NCBI GenBank assembly: GCA_012295275.1 | Contig: CM022670.1 | Coordinates: 20,894,001 to 20,958,000 of the forward strand | DNA: 64,000 nucleotides | Direction of reading: 5' to 3' | Origin: Chrysomallon squamiferum | Taxonomy: Eukaryota > Animalia > Mollusca | Shown here: piece after piece, positions 41,929 to 64,000 of the stretch | Position numbering within the stretch: position 1 is the first letter of the stretch | How the letters are laid out: each line of letters begins with the position of its first letter | Translations under genes and position numbers: made by a program | Notes under the pieces: model-generated | Told to the model about the DNA's origin: nothing | What the model saw: the letters and a program-made list of their open reading frames with translations, nothing else | Database searches by the model: none

Positions 41929-44010
41929 CAGCAGCAGCAGCAGTAGTAGTGTGGAAAAATTAATAGAATATAATATAACATTCGCGCAGGAATACGATTT
42001 ATAAAATACCATTACCACTAGAGTACTGCATATAGGATAATCTAACTCGAAAATAATGTCAGGTTATGCGGATTACCATATTGATATAGTACTAATAACT
42101 GATTAAAGGATACACTGCGAAATAAGGAAGAGTTTTTACTTTGAAGCCATTGCTATAATGGAGAATTAAAATAATCAGGATCAAATCTGTAATATATAAA
42201 AAATAAATAAATAAATAATAATAATAATAATAATAATAACAATAATAATATAAAAATTGTCTTCATATGTGAATGATGATTAAGTTAACAAGTATTTCTA
42301 TAAAGTACTTTCAAAGCAAGTCTAGAATTTTCTAAGCCCTTCTACGTATTCTTTTTGTGTTCATTATTAGCCTACCTATCCACAAATACGTACACAAACA
42401 TATACACACACACATAACGGACATACACATGTTATTTAGACGTATATAAATCCCACACATACATACATACATAAATACATACATACACAAATATATACAC
42501 ACTCACTGACATATACACACTATTTTTGGTCGTGCATAAATCATCAAAACTTTAGGCTTTAATTAATTTACATTAGTTAAGTTTTAATTCAAAAAATTAG
42601 GCTTATAATTTTCTCCCTCACCTTGTAAAACGAGAAATCCATATTCGCTGTACGTCGATAACGGATAGCCCATTGCAAACTGATACGTTAACATTATGGA
42701 ATAACTGCAGAATCATAAAATTATACATTATTCTAAAAAATATATATTTACAGAAATAATAAGCAGATAACTGTTTTTAAATTTATTTAATTAAAATCAA
42801 AATACGGTTTTAAATTTCAAATTAATTTTCAAGAAAATATAAATATATAAAGCTTTTTAAGAGTTATAATAAGCCCTGAATAAATGAATGCTTTAAAATA
42901 ATAATATACATTATTAATTCTGATACAGAACATCAAATCAGGGTATGGGTCTACTACACCGACATCATTTTGAGATTCTGAAACTTTTGATTACAAATTT
43001 AAAAATAAATAAATAAATAAATAAAGGAATAAAGGAATTAGTTTATAATGGTAAATAAAAATGATTTTTCGTAAATCCCACGTTTTTGCATTATTCGTTC
43101 ACTGAGCTGAGGCAAAAAAGCGTACGTGTAAAAATTAGTATTTCTAACATAAATGGGCTAAAATTATAAGTCCAAACGCTTAATAATATATATTGCACGT
43201 ATCGAACATGTCTGTACTTAAGTCAGTAATGGTTTACGAGGTCATTCTAAGAGGCCATACTTACCCACACTCCTCTAAAAGAACACTGCCGAGACTAACT
43301 CCTTTACTGCTCCGAGCTTTAATAACCGACAAAATTTGTGGAACTTTCAGAATTACACATGTCGCAAGCACCGTAAAACTGAGAAAGTTGCAAAAATATT
43401 TCAAAATATCAGACGTTTCAACAGACATCGTGTTGAGTCGTTACGCACACCGTGTAAAACAGGTCAATATCCAGCTCGCGATAACTCGTTTAACTCTTGG
43501 TAGTACAGTTATGCAGATTATCTGAATTGTGTTTGGATTATACTAATTTATAAAACTTGAAGATAAAAACGTACTAGGTCAATAAAAACGTACTAAAAAT
43601 AAAATAAAGAGTGATAATAAATATTAGGACGTGAACATACAAACATTTAATTATAATGATAAAAATGAAGACCCAGTTAAATTATAATGTTGTATAGTAA
43701 TTATGTTGAGAAACACGATAATAATAAATCGATCTAATTTATGTTTTGCACTAATGGACAGCATATATAATTACTTGACAGCTTGCTTTGATTAGCACGT
43801 TAATTCTTTTTTCAAGTTCAATTGCGTTTATTGTTGTCTGTGCACGGGCATATGTGTGTACCAAAACTGTAGAAAAATTCTGCTGGATATAAAATAAGTT
43901 CGCTTGGGTTGGTGTATTTTTAATTGATTACGAGGTGCAAGACACACACAGACACACAAACGCGACGTTATTATTATTTTTTTTTTTTTTTTATTTTTTT
44001 TTTTATTATT

Positions 44011-44042
<32 letters not shown>

Positions 44043-44259
44043 TGAAAATTAATCGTGTATTGTATGATTATTTTTATATTTTATAAAACATTCAAAAGAA
44101 AATTTTGATGAAAAACAAAAGTAAAATATTCATAAAATTAAGATATTAGATAATAATAATAAGACGAAGTAAATATATAAATATGTTGGTTTGTTTTTTG
44201 TTGTTTTTGTTTTTTTTGTAATTTATATTTTTAAATTATAATAAATTTTATGGATTTTT

Positions 44260-44439
44260 ATTCGTTACCAAGCACTGACAAACATTCTTGACGACAATAA
44301 TGATACTGACTTACGGAAACGACCGATTTGCATACACTGGTTTTACAAAAATATATCGCAATATTGTACGTTATTATCCTATTTTCTTTCATACGCTTTG
44401 TACCTGTCTACTGAATTTGTTTACATTGTCATTTTCATC

Positions 44440-44447
<8 letters not shown>
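44260..44447 (+). promoter_or_regulatory. Candidate RSPH10B promoter with RFX half-sites and a forkhead site
   Basis: GTTACCAAG (44264), ACGGAAAC (about 44313), TGTTTAC (44418-44424) and CATGGCAAC overlapping the ATG (44439-44447); locally CpG-rich. Confidence 0.45.
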
Positions 44448-58130
<13,683 letters not shown>

Positions 58131-58904
58131 ATTTAAAAAAAAAAAATCTTTAATTTAAATGGTGGTTTTGTAATTTATTAATAATAATGATTTAAAACAA
58201 AAATTGACAGTATTCAGAATATCATTGTCATGACTGAAATTTGAACTTTAAAAAAAAAATTGTTTATTGAATTGAATTAACTGCTTTCAAAAATATATAA
58301 AAAATATAAAACCTAATATTTTTTTTTTTTTTTTTTTTGACTTATTTGAGAATTTTCCAAAATCAGATTACAACAACATTAATTTGAACTACTGAAATTT
58401 TTCAAGGTTTTTTGCACTGTCACCTGTTACATGTAAAATCTGGTGATAGAAACAGCTGTATCTTTAAACAAACATATTATTATATAAAACTAACAGCATG
58501 TCAGATATAAAGCAAATCTGTGATATGCATAAGACATTTTTTTTTTATATACGGTCATGAAAAGACAAACGTAAGTGGTGAGGATATTTTTTATTTCTCT
58601 TTGTTTTTATTGTAATTTTTATTTATATATTTTTTAATGTATTAAATCTATTAGTACATTATTTATTGGTTTTTGTTTTTTGTTGTTTCTTTTGTTTGTT
58701 TGATTTTGGTTCTATTGGTTTTTTTCTTTTCTTTTCTATTTTTAGTTTTGTCATAAATGAGTCTTCCTGAAACAAAATAATTATCTTTTTTAAGCATTTG
58801 TGATTAAATATACTCTAATCGTCAACGACATCTCCTTACCCGTGTTTGTTAAAAAAAAAAGAATTGTCTTACTGTAATACTGAACACACGTTCACACACA
58901 CCCG

Positions 58905-58944
<40 letters not shown>

Positions 58945-59369
58945 AACTCACAGATATATGTATGACACCTAAGGGATGTAAGTACATAAATACATCTCAG
59001 TTACTTGAACATTTGTTAACTCCAAAAATATGTTCTGTGGGTTAAACCACTTCTGATAAATTATAATATTAAGATGTGGGGTTTTTAATAAGACAATAAT
59101 ATAGATAGCATAATGTAGCTTATTGATAAAGAAAGAAAAACAAAATCCATTAAATTTCATACATCTTTAATTTTTACAAAATTATTTACTAGACGTAGTA
59201 TAAATATACTTTCCTATATGGATGTATATCCTGACGTGTATATGTCTAAAAATTAATGCTTTTATATATGAATGTACCGGTAATAGTAATTTTTATATGA
59301 ATTTATAGAACTATGTACATCAGAAATTATTTACGTACAACTATAATTTGCAAAAGAGGTCACAGAAAC

Positions 59370-59800
59370 TTAATATGATAGTAATTTTAAATGATCCATT
59401 TGAAATGATTTAATATATACATACGATCGTTATTACTAAAGAAATAAACGGATCAAAAACGATTTAATACAACACATACATATTATCGTAATTTCTAAAT
59501 GATGTATTCAAATCATGTTTTCGAAATGATTTAAAATATGCATACGATAGTTATTTCTAATCGAATGTATGTATCGAAATGATTTAATACGCAAACATAC
59601 ATTACAAATAACATATATACACATGATCGTAATTTATAAACAAATATATGTATCTACGATATAATATGCAAATAAGTATTCGAAATAATTTAATACCTAT
59701 ACATACGATCGTTATTTTTTAACAAATATATGTACCTGAAATTTATAACAACAAGCGTAATTTCTAGCAGAGGTATTATATATGATGCAAAGTATTTGAA
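59370..59800. repeat. Degenerate satellite, unit about 55-60 bp (gaaatgatttaata..catacgatcgttatt)
   Basis: Recurrent gaaatgatttaa and catacgatcgt motifs at about 59402, 59460, 59523, 59576 and 59682. Confidence 0.8.
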
Positions 59801-60144
59801 ACAATACCGATACAGTATATAATGCTAATACGACAGTTATCGAAAATAATTATCAACTAGCTATAGTTTAACTGAATTGTATATAAATAGTTTAAATCAG
59901 CTGAAAAATATATGTATAAGTAATTTTTAGGTAAAACAAAAAGATTACAACAATTTGAAAATATGTCAATACATCGGCGTTTTCTTTTTGTTGTTTTTTA
60001 GTCCTTTCTCTGCTTTTTGCGTGATGAAATACAAAATGTATCTAGTTTGTAAATAGGAAATTATTTTACTGATCTCTGAAATAATCCAAGACCAGATCAG
60101 TTCAACACAAAATAATAATGATGATAATGTGGATGATGATGACG

Positions 60145-60194
<50 letters not shown>

Positions 60195-61770
60195 TTCTTT
60201 ATAACGAAAACAAAGTATTAAATAATGTCTTCTCGTACATATTCACATTCTTTTGGCGATATTACGCATTTTCCAATTCTTTTGCAGTGAATATTGTGCA
60301 ACACTTCCTAATATACTTTCGTTATCGCAATTCCCATATTGTTCTTGTAGAACACATTTTGAAAGATACTTCTTTCGCATATACGTCTATTACTAGAAAA
60401 AAAAACTACTTTAAAAACATGAAATATCCTTTGAAACGGCACAACTTAACAAACCATTTCCTTTGCTTTGAAACCAGTACATGTCCGCACTGAAAACAAC
60501 TTTAATGAACTCGCACAAAAGGAAAGGTCCAACTACTATCACATTTCACCAGAGTAGTTGCCTTTGTTTAACACAGTCTTTTTTTTACTAATATCCTTTT
60601 TCTAAACGTCTAGCACTCAGATGACTTAATTTTTAAAGATGTCAGTTATATCAATCGTCAGTATTTATGCAGAAGAACTGCTAACAGGGTCTGTTCTTTT
60701 CTTCCGAACGATACTTTTCTTTTTTCATCCTAACAGCACGTTATCTTGATAAATACAAATAAACGAATTGTTCTTCTTTTCCTTTCCCTTCGCTTCCTTT
60801 TCTAGCATTACCCAAGCAAAACAGGTTGTTTTGGGGTTTTGTTTTTCTTTGGTTATTCTTTAACTTGAAAGCTTATTACTATAATAAGTAAGACTAATTA
60901 CTTTGATATAGTGTCAAGAGGCACATTTTTTTTTTTTTTTTTTTTTTTTTATTTTAATTAGTTTTTAACATTAGCAAAGGAATATACACGTATACTGACT
61001 TTTTCTTAAAGCACATTCTTTGTTAAAGAATTATAAACAGATATACAGTTTTTCATCTTTGTCTTTTTCTCTGCACGGATATTATATTAGTCAACTGTTT
61101 TTTATAATTGTACCTTCCTAGGACCCAAAGCAACATAAACATGGTTGACTTATAAACAATATGACCTTCAGTTACTCTGTACATACTGTCAGATAATGTT
61201 CTCTACCTTCAGTTTATTTTTGCTATTTCTCCAAAGCATACAGCTACAATTAAGTGATAATACATATTATCCCACACTTAGGTCATTTTTATTTTTTATT
61301 ATTTTTATTTTTTATTATTTTTATTTTTTATTTTTACGAAGATCAAATCTAATGAGTCCTCTCTATATTGATGGTTTCATTGGTTCGTTTATTTATTTTC
61401 TTTCGATTTTATCGTTTTTCTGCTCAAGAGAAATCACTTTGAATGAAACCAAAGTTGTAAAATGTCTGCTTTTTAATCACTCATTACATAAAATTCGTGT
61501 TCTCGTTTAATTATTCAGATATGAAATAATCTTCATTTTCAATTATTTTAGGAATTTTTATATCATTCAATCCGTTTTCAAGGAATCCTCATTTTGCACT
61601 TCGTTTGTAAGACAGAATCTTCATTTTCAATTCATTCAGCATCGAGGACGTATTCTTATAATATGTATCTATCTATTGTACTTTTCTGAACGGATCCTCA
61701 TTTTTACATATCAGTTACAACAGTCTTGGTTTTTGTCATTCTATTGCCAAGGAGTATTAATCTTCATCAT

Positions 61771-63691
<1,921 letters not shown>

Positions 63692-64000
63692 CTGTTGTAA
63701 AATATCACAACTATTCAGACTGTACATACTTGTTGACCGTTTACTTATGTGATGTGTAAAAGCAAGTCAATGTTATATGTTTGTAACTATTTTACACACA
63801 TAAAAATAAACACACAGAATGCAGTAGCATGCATACAACACACGCACCAACATACGTAAATACATAGATACATACACACACACACACACATACATATATA
63901 TACAGAGGTACATGAACACATATATACACACGCATTCATACACACACACAAATACATTCATACACTTATGCATTTGCGTACATGGCATGAAAATATGGTT

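Noticed and set aside
43193-43525. 110-aa ORF upstream of RSPH10B
   Set aside because: Non-ATG start, no recognisable motif and no consistent splice partners; more likely CpG-rich regulatory or UTR sequence.

Overview
AT-rich, microsatellite-dense, intron-rich animal DNA, most likely a mollusc (gastropod-like; inferred from repeat content and gene style). No prokaryotic features are present. I rebuilt three genes and one relic by hand from GT-AG boundaries and codon phase. (1) 7303-36542 (+): a 20-exon adhesion GPCR of about 968 aa with signal peptide, EPN-type C-type lectin (CTL), Ser/Thr stalk, HormR, GAIN/GPS (HL|TNFAILL) and 7TM, i.e. a latrophilin-like receptor with a CTL head. As assembled it has a 1-nt frameshift in an A5 run at 23557-23561. 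(2) 44440-58130 (+): RSPH10B-like MORN-repeat radial-spoke gene with 20 core exons and a probable 441-nt cassette exon. (3) 61771-63691 (-): the last kinase and tail exons of a RET/FGFR/PDGFR-like tyrosine kinase that continues past the window end. (4) 1-3800 (+): a paralogous locus whose two CTL exons are nearly identical to the GPCR's, followed by a diverged stalk exon and decayed EGF-like and TM-like exons. The most interesting signal is this lectin module apparently homogenised by gene conversion between a 7TM receptor and a decaying single-pass receptor. Also present: a hAT MITE with an 8-bp TSD, degenerate SINE-like copies, a tandem repeat spanning an exon-intron boundary, and a CpG-depleted domain over RSPH10B.
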